Source: Macrostomum lignano (lineage: Eukaryota). From it: a DNA stretch of 64,000 nucleotides. The notes beneath the pieces were generated by a model. It was not told where the DNA came from, did not search any database, and saw only the letters and a list, made by a program, of their open reading frames with translations. Location of the stretch: assembly GCA_002269645.1 (NCBI GenBank), contig NIVC01000420.1, positions 434,001 to 498,000 on the forward strand. The letters are read 5' to 3'. The translations under genes and the position numbers were made by a program. Shown here one piece after another: positions 23,620-61,300 of this stretch (position 1 is its first letter; every line of letters begins with the position of its first letter).

Positions 23620-25790
23620 CTCAGTATCGACACTCATTCAGTATCGACACTCAATCAGTATCGACACTCAATCAGTATCGACACTCAATCAGTATCGACA
23701 CTCAATCAGTATCGACACTCAATCAGTATCGACACTCAATCAGTATCGACACTCAATCAGTATCGACACTCAATCAGTATCGACACTCAATCAGTATCGA
23801 CACTCAATCAGTATCGACACTCAATCAGTATCGACACTCAAACAGTATCGACACTCCATCAGTATTGATACTCAATCAGTATCGAAAATTAATCAGTATC
23901 GACACTCAATCAGTATCGACACTCAATCAGTATCGACACTCAATCAGTATCGACACTCAATCAGTATTGATACTCAATCAGTATCGACACTCAATCAGTA
24001 TCGACACTCAATCAGTATCGACACTCAATCAGTATTGATACTCAATCAGTATCGACACTCAATCAGTATCGACACTCAATCAGTATCGACACTCCATCAG
24101 TATCGACACTCAATCAGTATCGACACTCAATCAGTATCGACACTCAATCAGTATCGACACTCAATCAGTATTGATACTCAATCAGTATCGACACTCCATC
24201 AGTATTGATACTCAATCAGTATCGAAAATTAATCAGTATCGACACTCAATCAGTATCGACACTCCATCAGTATTGATACTCAATCAGTATCGAAAATTAA
24301 TCAGTATCGACACTCAATCAGTATTGATACTCAATCAGTATCGACACTCACTCAGTATTGATACTCAATCAGTATCGACACTCACTCAGTATTGATACTC
24401 AATCAGTATCGACACTCACTCAGTATTGATACTCAATCAGTATCGACACTCACTCAGTATTGATACTCAATCAGTATCGACACTCACTCAGTATTGATAC
24501 TCAATCAGTATCGACACTCCATCAGTATCGACACTCCATCAGTATCGACACTCAATCAGTATCGACACTCAATCAGTATCGACACTCCATCAGTATCGAC
24601 ACTCAATCAGTATCGACACTCAATCAGTATTGATACTCAATCAGTATCGACACTCAATCAGTATTGATACTCAATCAGTATCGACACTCAATCAGTATCG
24701 ACACTCAATCAGTATTGATACTCAATCAGTATCGACACTCAATCAGTATCGACACTCTATCAGTATCGACACTCAATCAGTATCGACACTCAATCAGTAT
24801 CGACACTCAATCAGTATCGACACTCAATCAGTATCGACACTCACTCAGTATCGACACTCAATCAGTATCGACACTCAATCAGTATCGACACTCCATCAGT
24901 ATCGACACTCAATCAGTATCGACACTCAATCAGTATCGACACTCAATCAGTATTGATACTCAATCAGTATCGACACTCAATCAGTATCGACACTCAATCA
25001 GTATCGACACTCAATCAGTATTGATACTCAATCAGTATCGACACTCAATCAGTATCGACACTCAATCAGTATCGACACTCCATCAGTATCGACACTCAAT
25101 CAGTATCGACACTCAATCAGTATCGACACTCAATCAGTATTGATACTCAATCAGTATCGACACTCAATCAGTATCGACACTCAATCAGTATCGACACTCA
25201 ATCAGTATCGACACTCAATCAGTATCGACACTCAATCAGTATTGATACTCAATCAGTATCGACACTCACTCAGTATTGATACTCAATCAGTATCGACACT
25301 CCATCAGTATCGACACTCAATCAGTATCGACACTCAATCAGTATCGACACTCAATCAGTATCGACACTCCATCAGTATTGATACTCAATCAGTATTGATA
25401 CTCAATCAGTATCGACACTCAATCAGTATCGACACTCAATCAGTATCGACACTCCATCAGTATCGACACTCAATCAGTATCGACACTCAATCAGTATCGA
25501 CACTCAATCAGTATCGACACTCAATCAGTATCGACACTCCATCAGTATTGATACTCAATCAGTATCGAAAATTAATCAGTATCGACACTCAATCAGTATC
25601 GACACTCAATCAGTATCGACACTCAATCAGTATTGATACTCAATCAGTATCGACACTCAATCAGTATCGACACTCAATCAGTATCGACACTCTATCAGTA
25701 TCGACACTCAATCAGTATCGACACTCAATCAGTATCGACACTCAATCAGTATCGACACTCAATCAGTATCGACACTCACTCAGTATCAGC
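23620..25790 (+). repeat. 17-bp minisatellite (CAATCAGTATCGACACT), >120 copies, between the convergent WDR87 and TRPA1 ends
   Basis: Tandem periodicity; recurring variants TTGATA, CCAT and GAAAATT. Confidence 0.97.
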
Positions 25791-26009
25791 ATTCACTGCG
25801 AAAAAATAATTGTAGAAGTTTAAATTACTCATAGACAGAAAATATTTGGGTCGATCAACAGTTAAAAAGTCCTGTTACCTACTAGCGACAATATATAGGT
25901 AAGAAAAATATATAATGTTTAGGACAACAAGAGTAGGGTAATATTTTTTCATATTGTTGATAAAACTGTATGTTGATAAAATTGTTGATAAAACCCACTC
26001 AGTACTGTA

Positions 26010-26170
26010 GGATCTTGACCCACTGATTACTGTGGAATCGTGACCCACTACTGTAGGATCTTGACCCACTGATTACTGTAGGATCTTGACCCACTCAGTA
26101 CTGTAGGATCTTGACCCACTGATTACTGTAGGATCTTGACCCACTGATTACTGTAGGATCTTGACCCACT
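26010..26170 (+). repeat. Short ~27-bp tandem repeat (CTGTAGGATCTTGACCCACTGATTA-like)
   Basis: About 5-6 copies read directly. Confidence 0.8.
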
Positions 26171-26418
26171 CAACTTGAAGAACCCACTGCATGGCCAAAA
26201 ATACAATTAATTAATTTTTTCACATACTCCCCCCCCCCTGTTTTACACTGACCGCCATTCATTAAAAGTTTATTATCGAAAAAATGAACTTCAAAAAGCA
26301 AACTTCATGTATTTAATGTGTGCCAAGTGGACATACCTGTTGAAATTTCCGGGTAACCATTTCTAAAGAAGATTTCCTGATTGGTCAAGATCCGGCCCCT
26401 TACCCACAAAGAGCCTCA

Positions 26419-50247
<23,829 letters not shown>

Positions 50248-50494
50248 TAAGTTTGATCTGTTTGAAAGCTAACTATGTATATTCGTTAGATATGATCGAC
50301 TCGCAAGAAAGCATTTTCTGCTCCGTGATTTTATAGGCCAAGGTTATCAAACCCATAGCTGTCAGGCCAGGATCAGAGCTTTTGGAATCAGGAGACGATC
50401 GAGGCCGGCCAATCAGGAGCAGCCTTGGACAATTGGAAATGTCCAACCATTTTTCCACTTCCTGAAGACAAAGTTTGAACTGATGTATAGGGCA

Positions 50495-51808
50495 GGAGGG
50501 TTAGGCCTCGGGTCCTTTGAAACTTCACTATAGCAATCCGGCCCACACAAAGTTTGTGTCTCTTCTTAGCTCTCTTCTCTCACCTCTCCTTCAACTCTCC
50601 TTCTCCTCTCTCCCGCAGTCATGCGCTAGGTTCTCTACGAGTATCTGTATCTGCTAGGTTCTCTACGAGTATCTGTATCTGCTAGGTTCTCTACGAGTAT
50701 CTGTATCTGCTAGGTTCTCTACGAGTATCTGTATCTGCTAGGTTCTCTACGAGTATCTGTATCTGCTAGGTTCTCTACGAGTATCTGTATCTGCTAGGTT
50801 CTCTACGAGTATCTGTATCTGCTAGGTTCTCTACGAGTATCTGTATCTGCTAGGTTCTCTACGAGTATCTGTATCTGCTAGGTTCTCTACGAGTATCTGT
50901 ATCTGCTAGGTTCTCTACGAGTATCTGTATCTGCTAGGTTCTCTACGAGTATCTGTATCTGCTAGGTTCTCTACGAGTATCTGTATCTGCTAGGTTCTCT
51001 ACGAGTATCTGTATCTGCTAGGTTCTCTACGAGTATCTGTATCTGCTAGGTTCTCTACGAGTATCTGTATCTGCTAGGTTCTCTACGAGTATCTGTATCT
51101 GCTAGGTTCTCTACGAGTATCTGTATCTGCTAGGTTCTCTACGAGTATCTGTATCTGCTAGGTTCTCTACGAGTATCTGTATCTGCTAGGTTCTCTACGA
51201 GTATCTGTATCTGCTAGGTTCTCTACGAGTATCTGTATCTGCTAGGTTCTCTACGAGTATCTGTATCTGCTAGGTTCTCTACGAGTATCTGTATCTGCTA
51301 GGTTCTCTACGAGTATCTGTATCTGCTAGGTTCTCTACGAGTATCTGTATCTGCTAGGTTCTCTACGAGTATCTGTATCTGCTAGGTTCTCTACGAGTAT
51401 CTGTATCTGCTAGGTTCTCTACGAGTATCTGTATCTGCTAGGTTCTCTACGAGTATCTGTATCTGCTAGGTTCTCTACGAGTATCTGTATCTGCTAGGTT
51501 CTCTACGAGTATCTGTATCTGCTAGGTTCTCTACGAGTATCTGTATCTGCTAGGTTCTCTACGAGTATCTGTATCTGCTAGGTTCTCTACGAGTATCTGT
51601 ATCTGCTAGGTTCTCTACGAGTATCTGTATCTGCTAGGTTCTCTACGAGTATCTGTATCTGCTAGGTTCTCTACGAGTATCTGTATCTGCTAGGTTCTCT
51701 ACGAGTATCTGTATCTGCTAGGTTCTCTACGAGTATCTGTATCTGCTAGGTTCTCTACGAGTATCTGTATCTGGCCCATGAGGTAAAAGGTCTGCCGCGA
51801 CTCCTGGT
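50495..51808 (+). mobile_element. hAT-like MITE, copy C, carrying an internal 28-bp satellite
   Basis: The 5' part 'GGCCTCGGGTCCTTTGAAACTTCACTATAGCAATCCG' matches copy B. The 3' part 'ATCTGGCCCATGAGGTAAAAGGTCTGCCGCGACTCCTG' matches copy A and the TIR consensus. Confidence 0.7.
50625..51772 (+). repeat. 28-bp satellite (GCTAGGTTCTCTACGAGTATCTGTATCT), 41 apparently identical copies
   Basis: 1148 bp / 28 = 41; no variant unit seen. Confidence 0.97.
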
Positions 51809-51810
51809 TT

Positions 51811-52260
51811 AGGCACACGAAATTCAAGTGCACGGGTCAAGTTCTTCTTGCCCACTTTTAAATATAAGAATCAAGTTGCCAGCCCTCCGGATCGTCGAGA
51901 TATTCAACGATTCTGCCAGAAGGTCGGATTTTTCCCATAAGCACCAGTGTATTCAAATACATGCCTGTGCGCCAATCAGCACTGAGCCTCAGTGCAGCCT
52001 TGCCAAGCCTCCAAATTTCATCAGCACGTCGACCACATGTGTCTGCATCAGCTCTGCCTACGTTGGTCACTGGCTTTCACCCAGGCGGAGCTTCTGGACC
52101 TTCAACAGGCTGGTGCAACTCAGATGATCAGTTATTCTTGACATTAGATCGTAGGCGAACCTCAACTGCTGGGCATCCTCAACTAGTCTCTCAAGCATGC
52201 AGCCATCGTCCTGGCACCGTCGGCACGTTCAGCAGGTGGCACTGGGAAAAATTCAAATGA
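51811..52260 (+). pseudogene. Unidentified coding-like dispersed repeat 'X', copy 2
   Basis: Same peptide frame as copy 1, with in-frame TAA/TGA stops. It abuts the 3' TIR of hAT MITE copy C. Confidence 0.6.
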
Positions 52261-52459
52261 ATTCCAATTTTTAATCCTCAGGTATATACAGTTGAAATGA
52301 GTTTAAACTCAATTGAAGTCAATTGATTGCGATTAAATTACCAACAGAACTCCTGTCTCTAGGCCAGGACCTCGTGGGGACAGGACAGGCCTCACAACAA
52401 GAGATTCGCTTCACAGTCTCTTCTTGCTACTTTTCAGTAGTCAGTCTCTCATATTCATA

Positions 52460-53076
52460 GTTGTTGTTGTTAAACGGGGGTGGAAAGCCAGGGGCTTACC
52501 GCGGATCAGCCCGAAAGTGGGCTCTAACGCAGGGATCTATCTGTGGGCCATACTGCCAGGGGCATGTAGCCCGAGAGGCCACGATTGGGACCAGAGCTCA
52601 GGACTCTGGTGAGAACATGGAGTATTGGTGCTACTAGCCCAAACCTACAGTACAAGACACAGCCAACCCAAAAAGTGGAATCAGGGACGGTGCTAGGACC
52701 GAGACCACACAGGCCACCTCCCAGCAGACAAGTCTTCGGGAGTGCGCAGAAAAAATTGAAAATAGCGAAAAAAGCTTGGGTTATTACTGAAAGCGGTCCG
52801 AGAGCAGGGAAACCCCGAAGTCTACGGAAAAGGCTTTAATATTGGAGCGAGTCTGGAAGGCTTGTTTCCGAGGGCGAGTCTCCTATCAAGAGGTAAAAGT
52901 AGACAAAAACCCACGAGGGCATCGCCTATCCAGCTCAATATTGGAGGCCAGGCCAAGGGGTCGGGAAGGGGCACAAGGAGCAAGAGGACCCGGACTCAGC
53001 CGGTATCCCCGATTCGGGACGAACATCCAACCCAGGACACCAATCCACTGCCAGGATGAGAGCCAGAGACACTATT
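52460..53076 (-). mobile_element. Non-LTR retroposon insertion (truncated LINE 3' UTR or SINE-like) with an 11-bp TSD and (AAC)4 tail
   Basis: Direct repeat TCATATTCATA at 52449-52459 and 53077-53087. (GTT)4 lies at 52460-52471. A stem-loop AGCCC-ACTTTC-GGGCT lies ~50 nt before the tail. No convincing ORF. Confidence 0.7.
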
Positions 53077-53779
53077 TCATATTCATAATTTCAACCAGTT
53101 ACAGATAAGTTTCTCAGACAGCAAAGAAATATTTGCAAGTCAAGGCAGGCCATCCACAAGACGATTGTCTTAATTGTCACAAAAAAGGAAAAAAAGCAAT
53201 GGTTTATCAGACAAAAAAGCTCGCATGTTTTACATCCCTTAGAATACCAGTAGGTGTAGTAAAAACAATATATTTATTGTGCATACATAATTCATACATA
53301 CTGTCTCGACAGGCCATGCATATCTTTATTGTTTACATCGAATAGGAGAGAAGGAGAGCTCGGTCGTAACAGGCTTGACCTGAATAAGCCCAAGTACTGC
53401 TAGTTACAGTGTTCGCAAACACCCAGTTTTTATCTCTATGACAACGACTGAACACCCGAGGGTTTTGGCCATAGACATTTTTATTACTAAATTCAAACAA
53501 TCTGCAATCTGTAGACAGAATAATTGAAAACAAAGAGAAACATCACATTACAAACGGAAACTAATTCTAATAGCTGGGGGCACCGTGAATTCCGGCACAG
53601 ATGAAAGTATAAAATAAATTCAATTTTTAAGCTTTTAAACAAACAATGCAGAAAGGTAAGCGATAGGAAAAATGGATATAAACTGCAGTTTTTTTCTTTT
53701 CTAACATTAAATGATAATTCACTATTCTTTAGTTGGCCATACTGAAGTTAGTACTGCGTTGGTGTGTCAGACATATTTT

Positions 53780-54985
53780 AAGCCTGTGTCAGCGATGTTT
53801 GACACTCTGTGTCAGTGATGTTTGACAGTCTATGTCAGTAATGTTTGATAGTCTGTGTCAGTGATGTTTGACAGTCTGTGTCAGTAATGTTGGGCATTCT
53901 GTGTCAGTGATGTTTGACAGTCTGTGTCAGTGATGTCTGACAGTCTGTGTCAGAGATGCTTGACAGTCTGTCATTGATACTTGATAGTCTGTGTCAGTAA
54001 TGTTTGACATTCTGTGTCAGTGATGTTTGACAGTCTGTGTCAGTGATGTTGGACATTCTGTGTCAGTAATGTCTGACAGTCTGTGTCAGAGATGCTTGAC
54101 AGTCTGTGTCAGTGATGTCTGACAGTCTGTGTCAGTGATGTTTGACAGTCTGTGTCAGTGATGTTTGACAGTCTGTGTCAGAGATGCTTGACAGTCTGTG
54201 TCAGAGATGCTTGACAGTCTGTGTCAGTGATGTTTTACAGTCTGTGTCAGTGATGTCTGACAGTCTGTGTCAGTAATGTTTGACAGTCTGTGTCAGAGAT
54301 GCTTGACAGTCTGTGTCAGTGATGTCTGACAGTCTGTGTCAGTGATGTTTGACAGTCTGTGTCAGAGATGCTTGACAGTCTGTGTCAGAGATGCTTGACA
54401 GTCTGTGTCAGTGATGTTTTACAGTCTGTGTCAGTGATGTCTGACAGTCTGTGTCAGTGATGTTTTACAGTCTGTGTCAGTGATACTTGACAGTCTGTGT
54501 CAGTGATGTCTGTCTGTGTCAGTGATGTCTGACAGTCTGTGTCAGTGATACTTGACAGTCTGTGTCAGAGATGCTTGACAGTCTGTATCAGTGATACTTG
54601 ACAGTCTGTGTCATTGATGTTTGACAGTCTGTGTCAGTGATACTTGACATTCTGTGTCAGTGATGTTTGACAGTCTGTGTCAGTGATGTTGGACATTCTG
54701 TGTCAGTAATGTCTGACAGTCTGTGTCAGAGATGCTTGACAGTCTGTGTCAGTGATGTCTGACAGTCTGTGTCAGTGATGTCTGACAGTCTGTGTCAGTG
54801 ATACTTGACAGTCTGTGTCAGAGATGCTTGACAGTCTGTATCAGTGATACTTGACAGTCTGTGTCATTGATGTTTGACAGTCTGTGTCAGTGATACTTGA
54901 CAGTCTGTGTCAGTGACTTGACAGTCTGTGTCAGTGATGTCTGACAGTCTGTGTCAGAGATGCTTGACAGTCTGTGTCAGACACA
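53780..54985 (+). repeat. 23-bp minisatellite (GACAGTCTGTGTCAGTGATGTTT)
   Basis: Period 23; lies downstream of the UBE3A stop codon. Confidence 0.95.
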
Positions 54986-55353
54986 ATCAATCGCCAGTCT
55001 GTAACATCTGTCAGACAAAAATGATATAGAAAACATAGAAATCTATCTGACAGCTGACACTAGATGAAATTTACACAAATCATATCTCAATGCCAGTAAT
55101 GGCGAAGTGTGGGTAAAAAAAGCATTATTATTAAGCAAAACTAAAATCCAGAGCCACATTGGGTTAAGGTTAAGAAAAGTTGGCGCATTAAAAATGTTAG
55201 TCACATATTTTAAAGCTATCATGAGCAAAACTACTGACAACAGTAGTATCTGTATGATGTCAGTCTGAGCCCACAGACAATAATATTTATAACTCTCTCA
55301 TTTATCAGATTAGCACCCTGACAGTTTAGCCAACACAAACATGAGGATTGATT

Positions 55354-58300
55354 TCACAGCATGCCGAAGCCTTTGCTGTTGGCTATTGCTTTCAGTAGGC
55401 GGTCTTGCAGCTTGTCGTAACTGCTGTACTCGGGCAGTAACAGCACGTTGAAGCACGTGTGAGCAGTCGGCAGTCTGTCAATGGAATTGAGAAAGGATGG
55501 CTCTTAACATGCTACTGAAAGTGATTGAGGACATTGTCAGACATGAATATTAGATCACACTACTGACAGTAGATTGAGGACATTGTCAGACATGAATATT
55601 AGATCACACTACTGACAGTAGATTGAGGACATTGTCAGACATGAATAACAGATCACACTACTGACAGTAGATTGATGATATTGTCAGACATAAATAACAG
55701 ATCACACTGCTGACAGTTGATTGAGGACATTGTCAGACATGAATAACAGATCACACTACTGACAGTAGATTGAGGACATTGTCAGACATAAATAACAGAT
55801 CACACTACTGACAGTAGATTGAGGATATTGTCAGACATAAATAACAGATCACACTACTGACAGTAGATAGAGGACATTGTCAGACATAAATAACAGATCA
55901 CACTACTGACAGTTGATTGAGGACATTGTCAGACATAAATAACAGATCACACTACTGACAGTAGATAGAGGACATTGTCAGACATAAATAACAGATCACA
56001 CTACTGACAGTAGATAGAGGACATTGTCAGACATAAATAACAGATCACACTACTGACAGTTGATTGAGGACATTGTCAGACATGAATAACAGATCACACT
56101 ACTGACAGTAGATAGAGGACATTGTCAGACATAAATAACAGATCACACTACTGACAGTAGATAGAGGACATTGTCAGACATAAATAACAGATCACACTAC
56201 TGACAGTTGATTGAGGACATTGTCAGACATAAATAACAGATCACACTACTGACAGTACTCACAAGCCTGCGCACTCACCTATCAGTGTCCGGTCCCTGCC
56301 TAGCAATGATAAACTTCATTTTCTTCATTCCACCGAGGGGCACACGGTCCGAACCGGTGACGAACTCAAGCAGTAGCCTCTTGTCAACGTCTGACATTGT
56401 GTGAACCAGCTTCCAGAAGTGCGCAATGATCGGCGAGTTTTCGGTGTACCCGCCGTCATATTGAGTGTACTTCTGCAGCTCGTGAAAGTTGTAGGTCTGA
56501 GAAGCGGAGTTGAGTAAATACGGCTATTAGACTGGCTGTGTCAGACTCATGGGTGAGCTGGCTGTGTCAGACTCGGGTGAGCTGGCTGTGTCAGACTCGG
56601 GTGAGCTGGCTGTGTCAGACTCGTGGGTGAGCTGGCTGTGTCAGACTCATGGGTGAGCTGGCTGTGCCAGACTCATGGGTGAGCTGGCTGTGCCAGACTC
56701 GGGTGAGCTGGCTGTGTCAGACTCATGGGTGAGCTGGCTGTGTCAGACTCGGGTGAGCTGGCTGTGTCAGACTCATGGGTGAGCTGGCTGTGTCAGACTC
56801 GGGTGAGCTGGCTGTGTCAGACTCGGGTGAGCTGGCTGTGTCAGACTCGTGGGTGAGTTGGCTCAGGCTGTGTCACACTCATGGGTGGACTGGCTGGTCG
56901 ACAGCTTGCGTCAAACATATTGCGTTTGACAGCTTGGGTCAGACAGAGCTTGACAGCGTGTCAGACCGAGCTTGACAGCTTGCGTCAGCAAGAAGTTTAC
57001 AGCTTGTGTCAGACAGAGCTTGACAGCTTGTATCAGACAGAAGTTGACAGCTTGTGTCAGACAGAAGTTTACAGCTTGTGTCAGACAGAGCTTGACAGCT
57101 TGTATCAGACAGAAGTTGACAGCTTGTGTCAGCCAGAAGTTGACAGCTTGTGTCAGACAGAAGTTGACAGCTTGTGTCAGCCAGTTGACAGCTTGTGTCA
57201 GACAGAAGTTGACAGCTTGTATCAGACAGAAGTTGACAGTTTGTGTCAGACAGAAGTTGACAGTTTGTGTCAGACAGAGCTTGACAGCTGGATCGAAATC
57301 GAATAGCTTTATCAAAAGAAGCAATAGCAGACAAGCATTCACCTTGCTGCCGCAGACCAGCAGTTCTATCTCGGTTGGGGCAAACAGTTGCAGCAATAGC
57401 GAGTTATCAATCACCAAATGGAAGCCTTTACAGAAAGCGTTGAACTGTTTCTCAATCATTCCATTGAGCAGGAAGTCCGAGTAGAGGTCCACGAATTCCT
57501 GCAAATTTTTTAGGTAACAGTGCACCCTGATCCTAACGACACCTTATCTATTAATTAGCTCTGTAGATACCCATGTACCCAATTCCACCACCAGTTAATT
57601 ACCTGTGTAGATACCCATGTACCCAATTCCACCACCAGTTAATTACCTCTGTAGATACCCATGTACCCAATTCCAACACCAGTTAATTACCTCTGTAGAT
57701 ACCCATGTACCCAATTCCAACACCAGTTAATTACCTCTGTAGATACCCATGTACCCAATTCCACCACCAGTTAATCACCTCTGTAGATACCCATGTACCC
57801 AATTCCACCACCAGTTAATTACCTCTGTAGATACCCATGTACCCAATAACTACCACTTAATTACCTCTGTAGATACCCGTGTACCCAATAACTACCAACT
57901 ACCTCTGTAGATACCCGTGTACCCAATAACTACCAACTACCTCTGTAGATACCCGTGTACCCAAAAGACTAACAGAGATATCCATTTGTTTAGCAGGTAA
58001 AACATCTACCTGTCTGTTCTCCTTAGTAACGGGAATATTGGCCCCGTCAGGTTTCAGTTCGTGATTCAGGGTGCTGCCAAATGCGTCCTGAAAGCTGATT
58101 GAGAAGCAGCCGAAAATTTCTTCAAAGCTGTCGCCATCGTATTCCAGCAGCTGCTGCATGCCCTGGGCCAGCTCCTGTTGGGGTATTGATGGCGCAGGAA
58201 GTGGAAATATCTGCGTTGTCAACTTATTGATTCGCCGCCAGATTCTCCTTTTCCCAGCCGAGAACAAATTCCCGGTCCCGTCCATCCATCAAGAGAAATT

Positions 58301-61300
58301 CCCCAGTCCATCAACCAAGAGAAATTCCCCAGTCCATCAATGAAAAGAAATTCCCCAGTCCATCAACCGGGAGAAATTCCCCAGTCTACCAATCAAGAGC
58401 AATTCCCCGGACCATCAACCCAAAGAAATTCCCAGTGCACCAACTAAAAGAAATTCCCCAGTCCATCTACAAAGAGAAATTCCCCAGTCCATCTACAAAG
58501 AGAAATTCCCCAGTCCATCTACAAAGAGAAATTCCCCAGTCCATCTACAAAGAGAAATTCCCCAGTCCATCTACAAAGAGCAATTCCCCAGTCCATCAAC
58601 CGAGAGAAATTCCCCAGTCCATCTACAAAGAGAAATTCCCCAGTCCATCAACCAAGAGAAATTCCCCAGTCCATCTACAAAGAGAAATTCCCCAGTCCAT
58701 CAACCAAGAGAAATTCCCCAGTCCATCAACCAAGAGAAATTCCCCAGTCCATCAACCAAGAGAAATTCCCCAGTCCATCAACCAAGAGAAATTCCCCAGT
58801 CCATCAACCAAGAGAAATTCCCCAGTCCATCTACCAAGAGAAATTCCCCAGTCCATCTACCAAGTGAAATTCCCCAGTCCATTAACCGAGAGAAATTCCC
58901 CAGTCCATCTACAAAGAGAAATTCCCCAGTCCATCTACAAAGAGAAATTCCCCAGTCCATCTACAAAGAAAAATTCCCCAGTCCATCTACCAAGAGAAAT
59001 TCCCCAGTCCATCTACCAAGAGAAATTCCCCAGTCCATCTACAAAGAGAAATTCCCCAGTCCATCTACGAAGAGAAATTCCCTAGTCCATTTACGAAGAA
59101 AAATTCCCCAGTCCATCTACCAAGAGAAATTCCCCAGTCCATCTACAAAGAGAAATTCCCCAGTCCATCTACCAAGAGAAATTCCCCAGTCCATCTACAA
59201 AGAGAAATTCCCCAGTCCATCAACCAAGAGAAATTTCCCAGTCCATCTACAAAGAGAAATTCCCCAGTCCATCTACAAAGAGAAATTCCCCAGTCCATCA
59301 ACCAAGAGAAATTCCCCAGTCCATCAACCAAGAGAAATTCCCCAGTCCATCTACCAAGAGAAATTCCCCAGTCCATCAACCAAGAGAAATACATCAGTCC
59401 ATCAACCAAGAGAAATTCCCCAGTCCATCAACCAAGAGAAATTCCCCAGTCCATCAACCAAGAGAAATTCCCCAGTCCATCAACCAAGAGAAATTCCCCA
59501 GTCCATCAACCAAGAGAAATTCCCCAGTCCATCAACCAAGAGAAATTCCCCAGTCCATCAACCAAGAGAAATTCCCCAGTCCATCAACCAAGAGAAATTC
59601 CCCAGTCCATCAAACAATCAATTCTCTCACCGGATGCGATCCTTTGAGATCGTGAAAAGCGCCCAGCTTGCCAGTGAGTTTTTTATACAACACCGTTGGG
59701 AACCGCACATCCAGGATGATGTTGTTGTAGATGGCCAAACCCAACAGCATGCCAACCAGCACGAACTCCCGTTCGCAGTCCTCAGAGCCCGGATAGAACC
59801 AGAAGGACTGGGTGCGCTGGTTCAAGCTGAACATACCATAGTCCGGATTGAATATCTGTTCGATAATCAGCTGGAAAAATTCCTTTGACAAGCCGCCCTC
59901 ATCGATGCCCTGTTCGCCTTCGAATTCGATAACCAGCTGCTTTTTGAGATCGCCTGGAGACTCCAGGCCAACCATTTCCAGGGTCAGGAGAGCGTCCTGG
60001 CAAACAATGTTATTGGGAGAATTAACTCAGTGGGTTCGAACATGCAACCACTTTACCAAAAATTTACAAAGGACCATAGACAGTCCATCATCAAAGCTAG
60101 ACAAAGGACCATGGGCAGTCCATCATCATCAAAGCTACAGACAAAGGACCATAGACAGTCCACCATCATCAAAGCTACAGACAAAGGACCATAGACAGTC
60201 TACCATCATCAAGGCTACAGACAAAGGACCATAGACAGTCCACCATCATCAAGGCTACAGACAAAGGACCATAGACAGTCTACCATCATCAAGGCTACAG
60301 ACAAAGGACCATAGACAGTCCACCATCATCAAGGCTACAGACAAAGGACCATAGACAGTCCACCGTCATCAAGGCTACAGATAAAGGACCATAGACAGTC
60401 CACCATCATCAAGGCTACAGACAAAGGACCATAGACAGTCCACCATCATCAAGGCTACAGATAAAGGACCATAGACAGTCTACCACCATCAAGGCTACAG
60501 ACAAAGGACCATAGACAGTCTACCATCATCAAAGCTACAGACAAAGGACCATAGACAGTCTACCATCATCAAAGCTACAAACAAAGGACCATAGACAGTC
60601 CACCATCATCAAAGCTACAAACAAAGGACCATAGACAGTCTACCATCATCAAAGCTACAAAGGACCATAGACAGTCTACCATCATCAAAGCTACAGACAA
60701 AGGACCATAGACAGTCTACCATCATCAAGGCTACAGACAGAGGACCATAGACAGTCCACCATCATCAAGGCTACAGACAAAGGACCATAGACAGTCTACC
60801 ATCATCAAAGCTACAGACAAAGGACCATAGACAGTCTACCATCATCAAGGCTACAGACAAAGGACCATAGACAGTCTAACATCATCAAAGCTACAGACAA
60901 AGGACCATAGACAGTCTACCATCATCAAAGCTACAGACAAAGGACCATAGACAGTCTACCATCATCAAAGCTACAGACAAAGGACCATAGACAGTCTAAC
61001 ATCATCAAAGCTACAGACAAAGGACCATAGACAGTCTACCATCATCAAAGCTACAGACAAAGGACCATAGACAGTCTACCATCATCAAAGCTACAGACAA
61101 AGGACCATAGACAGTCTACCATCATCAAGGCTACAGACAAAGGACCATAGACAGTCTACCATCATCAAGGCTACAGACAAAGGACCATAGACAGTCTAAC
61201 ATCATCAAAGCTACAGACAAAGGACCATAGACAGTCTACCATCATCAAAGCTACAGACAAAGGACCATAGACAGTCTACCATCATCAAGGCTACAGACAG

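Noticed and set aside
23620-25823. SIDTQSVSTLNQYRH ORFs and other repeat-derived ORFs (142-1336, 5573-6148, 37096-37593, 56881-57484, 58435-59409)
   Set aside because: Translations of tandem repeats; the peptide period equals the DNA unit period.
50273-50458. 61-aa ORF as an upstream TRPA1 exon
   Set aside because: No convincing donor and no recognisable similarity. It cannot be excluded, but it is unsupported.
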